From Mobula birostris (lineage: Eukaryota): a stretch of DNA of 64,000 nucleotides. Within the stretch, counting starts at the first letter, position 1. Every line of letters begins with the position of its first letter. Shown one piece after another: positions 1-12,339 of the stretch. The notes beneath the pieces are model-generated. The model made no database searches, was not told the DNA's origin, and saw only the letters and a program-made list of their open reading frames with translations. The position numbers and the translations under genes are program-made. The DNA lies in the NCBI RefSeq assembly GCF_030028105.1, contig NC_092374.1, forward strand, positions 195,171,345-195,235,344, given 5' to 3'.

Positions 1-227
1 GCTTCCCAGCTCTTTACTTCATCCTTCCCCCTTCAGGTTTCACCCACCACCTTCCGTTTCTCTCTCCTCTCCCCAACTTCTAAATCTACTCCTCAGCTTT
101 TTATTTTTGGCCCGAAAGATCGACTGGTTTATTGTCCCAGATGCTGCCTGCCCTGCTGAGTTTATCCAGCATTTTGTGTGCTTTCCTCGGAATTCCAGCA
201 TCTGCAGATTTTCTCTTATTTGAAAGT

Positions 228-1010
228 TCCTACGATATGGCTATTCAGTGCAGTTTGTTGTTGAGGCGATTAGGGGAATCAGCTGTACTGGATTGGTATT
301 ATGTAATGAGCCTGAGGTGATTAAGGAGGTTAAGGTAAAAGAATCCTTAGGAGGCAGTGATGACAATATGATTGAGTTCAATTTCAAATTTGATCGGGAG
401 AAAGTAAAGTCCGACGTAGCAGTATTTCAGCGGAGTGAAGGATATTACAGTGGTATGAGAAGCGATTTGGCCGAAGTAAATTGCAAGGCAATGCTTGCAG
501 GGATGACAGCAGAGCAGCAATGGCTTCAGTTTCTGGGGAAAAAAGGGAAGTGCAGGATAGATATATTCCCAAAAACGTACTCAAATAGCTAAATAGTACA
601 ACCGTGGCTGACAAAGCTAATGTAAAAGCAAAGGAGAGGGCACAGAACAAAACAAAAATTACTGGGAAGATCGAGGATTAGGAAGCTTTTAAAAACCTAC
701 TGAGAACACAAGTAAAAGAATCATTAAGAGGGAAACGATGAATGAAAGTAAGCTTCCAAACAATATCAAAGTGGGTGGTCAAAGCTCTTTCAGGAATTTA
801 AAAAGTAAAACAGAGGTGAGCGTGGATTGTAGCCCTAGAAAATGAGCTAGGAAAAATAATAACGGGGGACATGGAGAAAGCAGATGAACTAAATACACCA
901 GTCCTCACTGTGGAAGACACTAGCAGCGTGTCAGATGTTGAAGAGGGTGAAGGAAGAGAAGCGAGTGCAGTTACTATTACAAGGGCGAGTGTGCTCAAAA
1001 TTCTGAAAGA
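228..1010 (+). mobile_element. CR1 LINE ORF2 fragment (degenerate)
   Basis: Translations ...VKESLGGSDDNMIEF... and ...VFTVEDTS-like are typical of the CR1 post-endonuclease region; multiple stops. Confidence 0.8.
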
Positions 1011-4000
1011 ATTAGAGGTAGTAGTTTCTGGATTGTTGCCTGTGCCACGCTGGGTAGAAACAGGAAGATTTGGCAGACTAATGCGTGGCTGAGAAGCTGG
1101 CGCAGGAGGCTGGGCATTGGGATCTCTTTTGGGGGGAGTGGGGTGGTATAGCCTGTTAAAAAGTGACGGGTTGCTCCTGAACCAGAAAGGGACCAATATT
1201 ATCGCGACAAGGTTTGTTAGAGCTGTTGGGGAGGGTATAAACTAATTTCGCAGGGGGTAGGAACCGGAGTTAAGGACTCAGTATAGTACGGATGGTAAAA
1301 AAGCAAAAATAGTTCACAGTCAGACTGTCAAGAAGGCAGCAGGTGATAGGACAAAATTGTAGACAGCAGGGTGATTATCATTGTTTTAGGGATGCAGAGT
1401 TAAAAAATGGTAGCAACTTCAGTACTCAAAGTGTTATATCTCAATGCACGGAGTATAGGAAATGAGGTGGATGATCTTGTTGCAATATTACAGATTGGCA
1501 GGTATGATGTTGTGGTCATCACTGAATTATGGCTGAAGGATGGTTGTAGTTGGAAACCGATTGCCCAAGGTTAGGCGTCCTATTGGAGAGATAGGACGGT
1601 AGGTAGAAGTGGTGGCGTCACTCTGGTGGTAAAGAAATAGAAAGATGTGACATAGGATCGAAGATGTTGAATCCTTTTAGGTTGGAGAGACCCAGGGTAA
1701 AAGGTCTCTGATAGTAGATATATATACCAGCCTCCGACTGTAGCTGTGATGTGGCCAACAGATTACAACCGGCTGTTGAAAAGGTGTATCAAAAAGGAAA
1801 TGTTATGATAGTCATGGGAGATTTCAACAAGCAGGTCAATTGGGAAAATCAGGTTGTTAATGGACTTCAAGACAGTGAGTTTGTTGGATGCCTACGAGAT
1901 GGCTTTTTAGAGCAGTTTGTCACTGAGCCTGCTACCGGATAAGATATATCGGATTGGGTGGTATGCAATAATGCGGAATTGACTAGGGAGCTGAAGATAA
2001 AATAACCCTTTGGAGATAGTGATCACAATATGATTGAGTTGAACTTGAACTTTGATAAGGAGAAAGCGAAGTTTGAGGTTGCAGTATTTCGGTGGAGTGA
2101 AGGAATTTACAGTGGTATGAGAGAGGAGCTGAGCAAAGTAAATTGTAAGGAGCTGCTGATAGGAACTTCAGCAGAACAACAATTGTATGAGCTTCTGGGA
2201 AAAATGAGGAAGGTGCGGGATAGATGTACTCGGAAAAAAAATACTCAAAAGGCAAAATAGTACAACTATGGCTGACAAACGAAGTCAAAGCTATCGTAAA
2301 AGCAAACGAGAGGGCACACAACAAAGCAAAAATTAATGGTAAAGCAGAGGATTGTGACTCTTTTAAAAACCTACGGAAAACAACTACAAGAAAGATTAGG
2401 AGGGAAAAGATGAAATATGAAAGCAAGGTAGCAAACAATATCAAAGTGGATAGTGAATGCTCTTTGAAGAATGTATAAAATAAAAGAGAGATGAGAATGG
2501 ATTTTTACCGCTAGAAAATGAGCCTGGGGAAATAATAATGGGGGGACAAGGCGATGGCATGTGAAATAAATGTGTATTTTGCATCAGTATTTATTGTGGA
2601 GGACACTAGCAGTGTGCCAGATGTTGAAGGATTCTAATAAAGAGTGGTGAGTGCAGTTACTATGAAAAGGGAGAAGGTGCTCAAAAAGCTGAAAGATCCA
2701 AGGGTACTTAAGTCACCCGGACCTGATGAACTGCGCCCAAGTCTTCCGAAAGAGGTAGCGGTAGAGATTGTGGAGGCATTAGTATGATTTTTCAAGAATC
2801 ATTGGACTCTGACATGATTCCGGACAACTGGAAAGTTGCAAATGTCACTCCAGTCTTTAGGAAAAGAGGAGGTCGGCAGAAAGGAAATTATAGATCAGTT
2901 AAGCTGACCTCAGTGGTTGGGAAAGTGTTAAAGTCAATTGTTAAGGACGAGGTTGTGGAGTACCTGGTGATACTGCACAACATAGGACAAAGTCAGCATG
3001 GTTTCCTTAAAGGAAATTCATGCCTGACGAACCTGTTTGAAGTCTTTGAGCAGATTACAATTAGGATAAATAAAGGGGACGCCATGGATATTGTATATTT
3101 GAGCTCAGGAGGCATTTGCCAAGGTACCACACATGTGGCTGTTTGCAAAGTTAAGAGCCCCTGGTATTACAGGAACGTTACTGGCATGGTTAGAGAGTTG
3201 GCCGATTGGTAGGAGACAGCGAGTGGGGATAAAAGGATCCTTTCTGATGGGCTGCCAGTAATTAGTGGTGTTCCGCAGACGTCAGTTCTGGGACCGTTCT
3301 ATTTTATGTTGTACTGTATATCAATGAGTTGAATGATGAAATTGGTGGCTTTGTTGCCAGGTTTGCGGACGATTCGAATATTGGTACAGGGACAGGTAGT
3401 GTTGAGGAAACAGGTAGGCTGCAGAGGGTCTTAGACAGATTAGGAGAATGGGCAAGAAAATGTGAAATGAAATACAATGTTGGAAATTGCATTGTGTTGC
3501 ACTTCGGAAGAAAATAACAAATGTGCAGACTATTTTCTAAATGGGGGAAAAATCGAAAAATATAACATGCAAAAAGACTTGAGAGTCCTTGTGCACAACA
3601 CCCTGAATGTTAACTTGCTGTTACGGTCGGTGGTGAGGAAGGCAAATGCAATGTTAGCATTCATTTCAAGAGGTCTAGAATACAAGAGCAGGGATGTAAT
3701 GCTGAGACTTTATAAGGCATTTATGAGGCCTCACCTTGAGTGCTGTGAACAGTTCTGGTCTTCCTATGTGTGTTCGCATTGGACTGGGTTCAGAGAAAGT
3801 TCACAATGATGTTTCCGGGAATGGAAGGGTTATAAGAGGAACGTTTGATAGATCTGGGTCCGTACTCCCTGGAATTTAGATGAATGAGGGCATTTAAACC
3901 ATTCGATTGTTGATATGCTTAGACAGAGTAGATGTGTAAAGAATATTTCACATGGTGGGAGAGTCTAGGACAAGAGAGCGCAGCCTGAGGATAGAGGGGC

Positions 4001-4270
4001 GTCCATTGAAAACAGGTGCGGAGAAATTTCGTTAGCCATAGCGTGGTATATTTGTGCAACTTATTACCAGAGGCAGCTGTGGAGGCCAAATCGTTAGGTG
4101 CATTTAAGGCAGAGCTTGATAGGTTCTTGTTTGGACACAGCATCAAATGTTACGAGGAGAAGACCGGTGAGTGGGACTGAGGACGGAAGAAAGACCGGCC
4201 ATGATTGAATGGCGGAGTAGACTCGAAGAGCCAAATGGCATATTTCTACTCCCATGTCATAGGATCTTAT
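1011..4270 (+). mobile_element. Decayed CR1 LINE: 3' end of ORF1 esterase, APE endonuclease, RT and 3' UTR
   Basis: VVVSGLLPVPR (ORF1), VMGDFN (APE), WKVANVTPVF..K, SQHGFLKGNSCLTNL, RFADD, RPHLECC (RT region); many stops and frameshifts. Confidence 0.85.
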
Positions 4271-4339
4271 GGTCTTATGGTCTATACCAGTTAAACTGAC
4301 CTCAGCGGTTAGGAAGACGTTAGAGTCAATTGTTAAGAC

Positions 4340-4625
4340 CATTAGACTAGAAGACCCGAAGACATAGGATCAGAATTAGGTCATTCAGCCGATTGGGTCT
4401 CATCCACTATTCTTTCATAGCTGATCCCGGATCCCATACACCACATATACCTGCCTTCCTTTGATTCCCTGACCATCCATGAAACGATCAACTTTCGCCT
4501 TAGATAAATGCACGGACTTTGCCTCCACCACTGTCTGTGGCAGAGCATTCCACAGCTTTACTACTCTCTGGCTGAAAGAAATTCCTCCTTATCTCTGTTC
4601 TAAAGGGTCGCCCTTCAATTATGAG
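4340..4625 (-). mobile_element. CR1 3' end fragment
   Basis: Reverse-complement CR1 3' terminus (RRNFFQPESSKAVECS..). Confidence 0.7.
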
Positions 4626-5740
4626 GCTGTTGATAAAGCTAGAGCTGTAGATGTAGTGTATATGGAGGCATGGGATCGAAGGGGACATTGCTTTGTGGAT
4701 CCAGAGCTGGCTTGCCCACAGAAGGCAAAGAGTGGTTGTAGATGGGTCATATTCTGCATGGAGGTCGGCGAGCAGTGGTGTGCCTCAAGGATTTGTTCTG
4801 GGGCCCCTACTCTTTGTGATTTTTATAAACGACCTGGATAAGGAAGTGGAGGGATGGGTTAGTAAATTTGCTGATGCCACAAAGTTGGGGGTGTTGTGGA
4901 TAGCGTGGAGGGCTGTCGGAGGTTACAGCGGGACATTCATAGGATGCAAAACTAGGTTGAGAAGTGGCAGATGAAGTTCAACCCAGATACGTGTGAGGTG
5001 GTTCATTTTGGTGGGTCAAATATCAGGGCAGAATACAACATTAATGGTAAGACTCTTGGCAGTGTGGAGGATCAGAAGGGTCTTGGGGTCTGAGTCTATA
5101 AGACACTCAAAACTGCTACGCAGGTTGACTGTGGTTAAGAAGGCATATGGTGTATTGGCCTTCATCAACTGTGGGGTTGAGATTAAGAGCCGAGAGGTAA
5201 TGTTGCAGCTATATAGGACCCTGGTCAGATCCCACTTGGAGTACTGTGCTCAATTCAGGAAGGGCGTGGAAACCATAGAAAGGGTGCATAAGAGATTTAC
5301 AAGGATGTTGCCTGGTTTGGGGAGCATGCCTTATGAGAATAGGTTGAGTGAACTCTGCCTTTTCTCCTTGGACGGATGGAGGATGAGAGGTGACCTGATC
5401 GAGGTGTACAGGATAATGAGAGGCATTGATCAGAGGCTTTTTCCTAGGGCCGAAATGGTTAGCACGATAGGGCACAGTTTTAAGGTGCTTGGAAGCAGGT
5501 ACAGAGATGGCAGGGGTAAGTTTTTTACGCAGAGAGGGGTGAGTGCTTTGAATGGGCTGCTGGTGACGGTGGTGGAGTCGGAAACAATAGAGTCTTTTAA
5601 GAGACTCCTGGATAAGTACATGGAGTTTAGAAAAATAGAGGGCTATGGGTTAAGCCTTGGTAGGTCTACGGTAAGGACATGTTGGGCACAGTTTTGTGGG
5701 CCGAAGGGCCTGTATTGTGTTATAAGTTCTATTCCGAAGG
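4626..5740 (+). mobile_element. CR1 RT/3' fragment with internal deletions
   Basis: [47 protein letters not shown]. Confidence 0.85.
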
Positions 5741-6470
5741 CTTCAATAGGATACCGTAGTTTTCTTCTAAATTGCAGTGAGTACAGGCCCAAAGTTGCCA
5801 ATCGCTCCTCATATGTTAACCCCTTCATTCCCGGAATAATCCTCACGACCTCCTCTGAATTCTCTTCAATGATAAAACATCCTTTCTGCGATATGGTGCC
5901 CAGAATTAGTGCCTTATAAAGGCCCAACATTACCGCCTTGCTTTTATGTTCTGTTCCCTTTGAAATAAATGCAGATTTTGTATTTCCCATCTTTACCACA
6001 GACTCAGCCTGTAAATTAATGTTTTGGGAGTCTTGCACGTGGACTCCTAAGTCCCTCTGCACCTCTGCTGTTTGAACTTTTTCACCATTTCGATAATAGT
6101 CCGCACCATTGTTCCTTTTACCAAAATGGATTATCATATATCTCCCAACACTGTATTCCATTTGCGAGTTTTTTCCCATTCTTCCAAAGTGTGTAAGTTC
6201 AGCTGCAATCGCCTTGCTTCCTCGGCACTACCTACCCCGCCCCCACCCCACCACCTATATTCCTATCATCCGCAAACTTTGCCACAAAGCCAGCAATTCC
6301 ATTATGTAAAAAATTGACAAACAATTTGAAAAGCAGCGGTCCCAATACTGCACTCTGAGGAACACCACTAGTCACCGGCAACCAAGCAGAGAAGGCGCCA
6401 CTTGCTGCCTCCAGCCTGTTAGCCATCCCACTGTTCATGTCAGTATCTTTCCCATAACGCCATAACATTT
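5741..6470 (-). mobile_element. CR1 RT fragment, antisense
   Basis: [37 protein letters not shown] on the minus strand. Confidence 0.8.
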
Positions 6471-7060
6471 TGTCTTGTTAGGATGACATTATGGAATATT
6501 TGGTGACACAGGACAAGGTATGACAGCATGGTTTCCTTAAGGTAAAATCTTGCCTGACGAACCTGTTGAAATTCTTTGAGAAGATTACACCTAGGATAGA
6601 TAAAGGGATGCAGTGGATGTTGTATATTTGGACTTTCAGAAGACCTTTGACAAGGTGCCATACATGAAGCTGCTTATCAAGTTAAGAGCCCTTGGTTTTA
6701 TAGGAAAGTTACTGGCATGGTTAGTGCATCGGCTGATTGGAAAGACGCAGCGAGAGAGAATAAAATAATCCTTTTCCGGTTGGCTGCCAGTGACAATGAT
6801 ATTTCGCACGGGTCGCTACTGGGAACGCATCTCTTCATGCTGTATATTAATGATTTAGAATGATGGAATAGTTGGCTTTGTTACCAAGTTTGCAGATGAC
6901 TGGTGGAGGGGAAAGTAATGCTGAGAAAACACGTAGGCTGCAGAAGGACTTAGATGAATTCGGGGAACGGACAAAAAATGGCAAGTGAAAGGCAATGTTG
7001 GAAATTTGAATGGCGGAGCGTTCTCGATGAGCCAAATAGCCTCTTTTTGCTTCCATGGCT
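6471..7060 (+). mobile_element. CR1 RT fragment abutting the 3' breakpoint of gene copy A
   Basis: QHGFLKVKSCLTNLLKFF and TKFADD-like sequence. Confidence 0.75.
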
Positions 7061-7223
7061 TATGGAGTTAGGGACAGATTGGGTTAACTCTCCTGTAAAT
7101 GTTCATTTGATTATGGCAATTGCAATCTTAATTTATTTTTCATTATTTTGTCAACATGTACTTCACCATCAATATGTCAACGACATCCCGAATTTCTGTG
7201 TCTAAATTTGTATCGAAGTACAC

Positions 7224-7229
7224 TTTATT
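7224..7229 (-). terminator. Candidate intronic poly(A) signal AATAAA overlapping the read-through stop codon, copy A
   Basis: Minus strand ...ctgcAATAAAgtg; TAA at 7225-7227 ends the V read-through frame; second AATAAA at 7132-7137. Confidence 0.45.
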
Positions 7230-7289
7230 GCAGAAGTTGAGAAATGCGCATCAAACATCGAATATAAATGCAAAATAATACGAACTTAC

Positions 7290-7631
7290 TTGTGACTTGA
7301 ACTTCTGTCCCTTTGCCAAGATAACTTTCCTTGTCGAGAATTTGTACTTTGCAGTAATACTTTCCTGTATCGTTCATTCTGACGTTGACGATTTGTAAAG
7401 CTTGGCTAAGCAAGCCTCGTGAACTGTTAGTCGTTACGCGACCATGAAACCCACTGCACTTGTTGCAAACGGTACGGTTTTCCTCGTCTTTGTACCAGGT
7501 AAGGAATCCGACCTGCTTCTTTGTAACGTTTATATTACTGCTGTAAGCGCAATTCAGCTGCGCCGTGCCCCCTTCAGTAACCGTGATCCGCTCCGGCCAT
7601 TGGTGGCTTCTTCCGTTAGCTCTGGCAGCTC
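7290..7631 (-). CDS. V-set Ig domain exon with J-like G strand, copy A
   Basis: GAARANGRSHQWPERITVTEGGTAQLNC...LTWYK...DTGKYYC...LGKGTEVQVT; AG at 7632-7633, GT at 7288-7289. Confidence 0.93.
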
Positions 7632-9987
7632 CTGTAACCGGAAATAATCTCATAGTCTCATACCTTCCTTTCGGCCCGACATATCAAACCCACGAGTTGT
7701 ACATAACTACGCTGATCTCATTTACTCACATCTTGTCCATAGACTTCTCTGCTGTGGCGATTCAAGGATTCGATGCCTTTATAAATATCGCGACAGTACC
7801 TGTCTCCACCACCTCGTCAGACAGTACATCCCAGTTTTAAACCACCTTCTGTCTGAAAGGAATTCCTATAGGTTCTCGAACTTCCCATCTCTCACAGTAC
7901 AATTATGTCATTGTTTCTCAACACACTGGTCACGGAATAAAGATTGTCGCCATCTACAAATCTTCACTTTCTAATTTAATCAGCTGCAACTGCATCCTGT
8001 CAGCTCAATAACATTCTTCCTATAATGTAGGGGCTAAATCCGCTGACGATAACCGAGATGAGGTCTACCTAATGTTTTAAGAAGCTGTAAACTAACGTCC
8101 CAATTATTACTAATAATGACACGGCAATGAAGGGAGACATTCGAATATCCACTTTATCCACTGCTGCTGTCACTTTGAGTATTCTACGGACTTACAACCT
8201 GAGGTCCCTCAGCTCACTAATACTCAGCAGAGGCCTCCCATATATTGCGTGCGTTCTGCTATGGTTTGCCTCCCCAAATGTCATTTGCCATTGCCTATTG
8301 CTGTTGACAACAGCGCCCATTATCAATAATAATCACAAATCTCATTTTTCATCGCCACTGAGATGGAAACTTTCCCTCGTCACTGAGCATCAGAAAATTG
8401 ATTCGTTACGTTTTCATTGAATCAAACATGGAAGGCGATTTTTTCTTTAATCTGTATGCTGCAAGTGAGAGATGTGTATTTACAATATAAATAACCTTCT
8501 CTGTAATAATTTGGTCAGTCTCCAAATTTATCCGAGACCTTTTATATAATTGATGCTTACGTAATTGAACCTTCTGTCAGGGAAATGCAAAGCTGAAAAT
8601 CTACCGATCCATCCATACATTCAGGTCAGTCATGACCTGATTATACTATAGAGGGACGTCCATTTAGAACGGAGATGAGGAGGAATTTCTTTAACCACAG
8701 TGTGCTGAACCTGTGGAATTCGTTGCCATAGGCGGCCGTGGAGACTAGGTCACTGGGTGCACTGAAGGCGGAGGTTAATAAGTTCTTGATTAGATAGGAT
8801 GTGAACGGTTATTGGGAGAAGGCAGGACAATGGGTTGGAGAAAAAATGGATCAGACATGATGAAAAAGCAGAGAGAATTCAAAAGGCCAAATGAATTAAT
8901 TCTGCGCCCATGTCTAATGGTCATATCACAGTGATGACTTGGTTCCCTGTTTCTCTTCTGTATTATCTTGGACACTCGGTACCGCTCTTTTTCTGCATTA
9001 GATAGAGCACTGTAGTGTTTGATTTTGGAACTTCTGAAAGAGTCCCGGCTCCCGAACGTAGCAGAATCAGGACAGCCTACACAGAATGGAGTTATTCTCT
9101 CTACTGTTTGAACGAATGACCGGTGATCTAACTGATGCACACAAAGATAATGCGACGCTTAGCAAGCTAAATGGCAGATTAATATTCCCTGCTCAGAAAT
9201 TTAGAATGCAAGTAATTAATAAAAATATTGAAAAAGAAAGAATGAAGTTTTACGGTCTTAAAAAAGATTACTACTCGTTCGGGGGAGAAATGAGAAGAAA
9301 TATCATCTCCCCTGAGCTGGTAAATCTCTGAAATTGTCTCGCCAAGGAGATCAAGGAGCTTCACTTACTGAGCATATTTATAGAAGACATTGATGCATGT
9401 TTAGCTATTAAGAGAACTTACAGATTCAGTGCACAGAGGTGGTACTGAAGCAAAGCCTCATGCTGGGGAGAGCCACTGACATTGCAAAATGCCAAATACG
9501 TTTTCATTCTCGGGTGTCCTAATTAACTACAGAACAGCTGTGCCACCGTGACCCATCCTAAATTTTGCCCATGTCGCCTCGCTGGATGCCCTTCCAAGAT
9601 GTTCTCTCTAATTGCAGATGTTTAGCAATGCGCACTTATTAATGCGGCTCCACCGACTCTTTTACCCCCTCTCTGTACCGTTTGGAACAGTAAAGCACTA
9701 AAACGTTGCTTTTCTTGTCTTGCCTGCAAGACAATGAATCTCAGATTAGTATATAGTGATATATACTGTATGTTATCTGATAATAACTTTTACTTTGAAC
9801 TTGCCCTTCCCTCAAAAAAGGACTGAATTGTTTCACTAACAAATAATATGTGAGCATGAGCAATTAGGCCTTAGATTAGTGACTATCTAAGTGATTGTCA
9901 AAATAATCTTGAGGAGAACACTAACACCTTAATGCTCCCAATATTCTTCTATCCCCCTCTCTCATTCTCTGTTTCTCTTTCTGCTCT

Positions 9988-10049
<62 letters not shown>

Positions 10050-10114
10050 CGTCCTCGTTTGCAGCACTTACCAGAGAACAACAGCAATGAACATACAAAC
10101 TCATACCACGTCAT
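7290..10114 (-). CDS. NCR3/NKp30-like receptor, copy A, 3'-partial: leader 10072-10114 plus V 7290-7631; no TM exon found in window
   Basis: Paralogous to copy B exon for exon with intact splice sites and open frames. Homology to copy B ends at 7162, 128 bp into the V-TM intron; 1-7060 is CR1 debris. Confidence 0.8.
9989..10046. repeat. (GT)29 microsatellite
   Basis: Direct count; the paralogue at 35625-35670 is (GT)23. Confidence 0.95.
10072..10114 (-). CDS. Signal-peptide exon of copy A (exon 10072-10128)
   Basis: MTWYEFVCSLLLFS; polypyrimidine/TAG acceptor at 10129-10131; donor GTAAGT at 10066-10071. Confidence 0.9.
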
Positions 10115-12339
10115 AGTTCGGCGGATGCCTATAGAAAAAGAGAAGCAAATGAACATAAATATTGTAAATATTGTAAAAAATAGAAATAAAATCTAAGGTC
10201 CGTATGCCGGAAGTCTGAAATAGAAAAGAATGCCCAAAGAAAGTCTTTCACCAAAGAAATAGTCGTCTTCGGGACTGAGTGTCATCTTCAGTAATTTCAT
10301 ACAAATGGCTTTCCTTTTTATTTTATTTACCGAAGCTTTCCCCCCACCAACACTGCCTCATCTAATTGGCATGTCCTACAGCTCTGAGCTGCATTTTGCA
10401 ACTATTATGTCAGTTTCCTTGTTTCATCTCCAGCAAATGGTTTCATTAATAACTTATCGCTGCAGCTACCCTCTTAGAAAAAATATTCCCTTTATCCTAC
10501 CGAATCCTTCCGTGCATTCTCTGCAACTTAAATCTAGCAGATTTCCTCTTTTTTCCCAGTTTTTCTGAATGTCTTTGACCTGAAACGTGGTCTTCCTTGT
10601 CTGATTTTGCAGATGGTTGTGCTTGATCTTGCAATTGTGGGTTAGACTTAACGGATAAATACTGAATGTTAAAACATAAGTAATCTGATTAAAATATCGT
10701 GCACCTGTGTGAATTGTACCTGATCGAAGATGAATAGAATGACATACTGCAGTTTACACAGCGGACAAAAGCAAGTCACAATGAACTTAATGCTATTCTA
10801 CGTCATTTAACGAGGCAGCGGGAGGTTCGTCTTGTACCTGAGCCGGGACAGAAGATGTTCTTCCTTTGATGGCAATAATGAAAAAAAATAGTTTCCGATT
10901 TTTAAATATCGCAACTCATTTCTACATTTTTTTGTTTCATCAGCAAAACTTAAAGAAGTTTGAGCCCTTGGGACAATTTAACTATCATCATTTAGCAACT
11001 GAAGTTTGGTATCTATTTCCCTTTTTGTACAGACAATGTTCAGACAATGTTTTAAAAATACTGCCGGGAGCTTTTGGTATAGACCTTACTCTTAAGCAAC
11101 TCTTAGAAACACAGGAAATTCTGCAGATCACAAACAGGGGAAAATCTGCAGATACTGCAAATCCAAGCAACAGACACAAAATGCTGAGAACTCAGCAGCC
11201 AAGGCAGCATCTATGGAAAAGAGTACACTTCATCAGGACTGATTGAAGGGTCTCGACCCGAAACTTCGAATGCGCTCTGGTCCGTAGATTCTACATGGAA
11301 ATCCAGAGAAAGGCGCACAAGGTGCTGGAGGGACTCAGACAGCATTCTTGTAGGGGAATAAGTTGTCGCTATCTCAGGTCATGACCGTTTATCAAGACTG
11401 TAAAGAAAAGTGGCAGATGCCAGAATGCTGAAAATTAATGTCGGATGTGCAGCTAATATAGAAAAGAAACCGAACTATGCAAATACAAAAACAAAATCAC
11501 AAATAAATAAGTAAATAAATAATACCGAGAACATGTTATAGTTCTTGAAAGTGAGTCCATGGCTTGTAGAATCATTTCAGGTGAGTGAAGTTACCCTCGC
11601 TAGTTTAAAAGCCTGAAGTTTAAAGGATACTATCTGTTCGTGAATGTGGTGGTGTGGGAGTTCAGATTCCATTCAGGCCATAGTGTCTCACCTAGCCATC
11701 AGAGTAATCCCCACCCCACCCCTCCAGCCAACAGAATGCTCATTGTCGCTCTGATGAACTAAGTAGAGGTGTTTTGACATGCAATCAACTTTGTATTTTC
11801 TTCTCTGCTACATACCCATCAACTTCACCCATTGTCACATCGCCAATCGCTCTCAACCCGAGTACAATAAACCCAAAATTATACTAACCAATTAATAATC
11901 AGGGCATGGGAACGCACGGGGGCAAATAACGATGCCACGTGGGCAAACTCCAGACAGGAAGCATCGAAACAGATCCCCCGGTTCCAGCGTTAGCGCCACA
12001 TCACCACGTCGAGACAGTTAATCAGCAATGCGAGAAAGAAAGTTAAATATATACGAATCTATGCTTATGAAATTACGAATATTTTAACTTCTGAACATGA
12101 TTTTTCCTTGGCTTATTTCACTTCTCAATAAGCAGTCATGGAGGTTAGACCAAAGTCAAGTTGATACTTAAACTTCGTCAAATTGTGACCATAGAAAATA
12201 AGATTTGAAGAGTCACCAAGATTTTGTTTTCTGCTATTTTGAGATTCTTAAGTTGCATTCTAATTGCCGTTAAGGTGTTGAAGTTGCAACACTTTTATTT
12301 TCCTTCTGCCTTGACATTTTCAGAAACACACCCACATAC

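Noticed and set aside
4993-5919. 308-aa ORF as a functional reverse transcriptase
   Set aside because: It covers only the post-catalytic part of CR1 ORF2, with internal deletions and a shifted N-terminus.
6960-7100. Replacement terminal exon for copy A after catttacag near 7095
   Set aside because: No polypyrimidine tract, no TM segment, and it runs into antisense CR1 sequence.
7225-7653. Rearranging TCR or Ig V gene segment
   Set aside because: The J-like GKGT strand is already in the same exon and is followed directly by a GTAAGT donor; no heptamer-spacer-nonamer flanks it.
7632-7653. ORF-track start MRLFPVT as the true N-terminus
   Set aside because: These codons are the acceptor region of the intron; a proper signal-peptide exon exists at 10072-10114.
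8185-8300. Alternative leader exon ending at GTAAGT near 8190
   Set aside because: The phase-1 frame has a TGA just upstream with no intervening ATG and no hydrophobic core.
8696-8702. CACAGTG heptamer as a recombination signal
   Set aside because: It lies in a CR1 3' fragment about 1 kb from the V exon with no nonamer seen at 12 or 23 bp; the same applies to the one near 8927.
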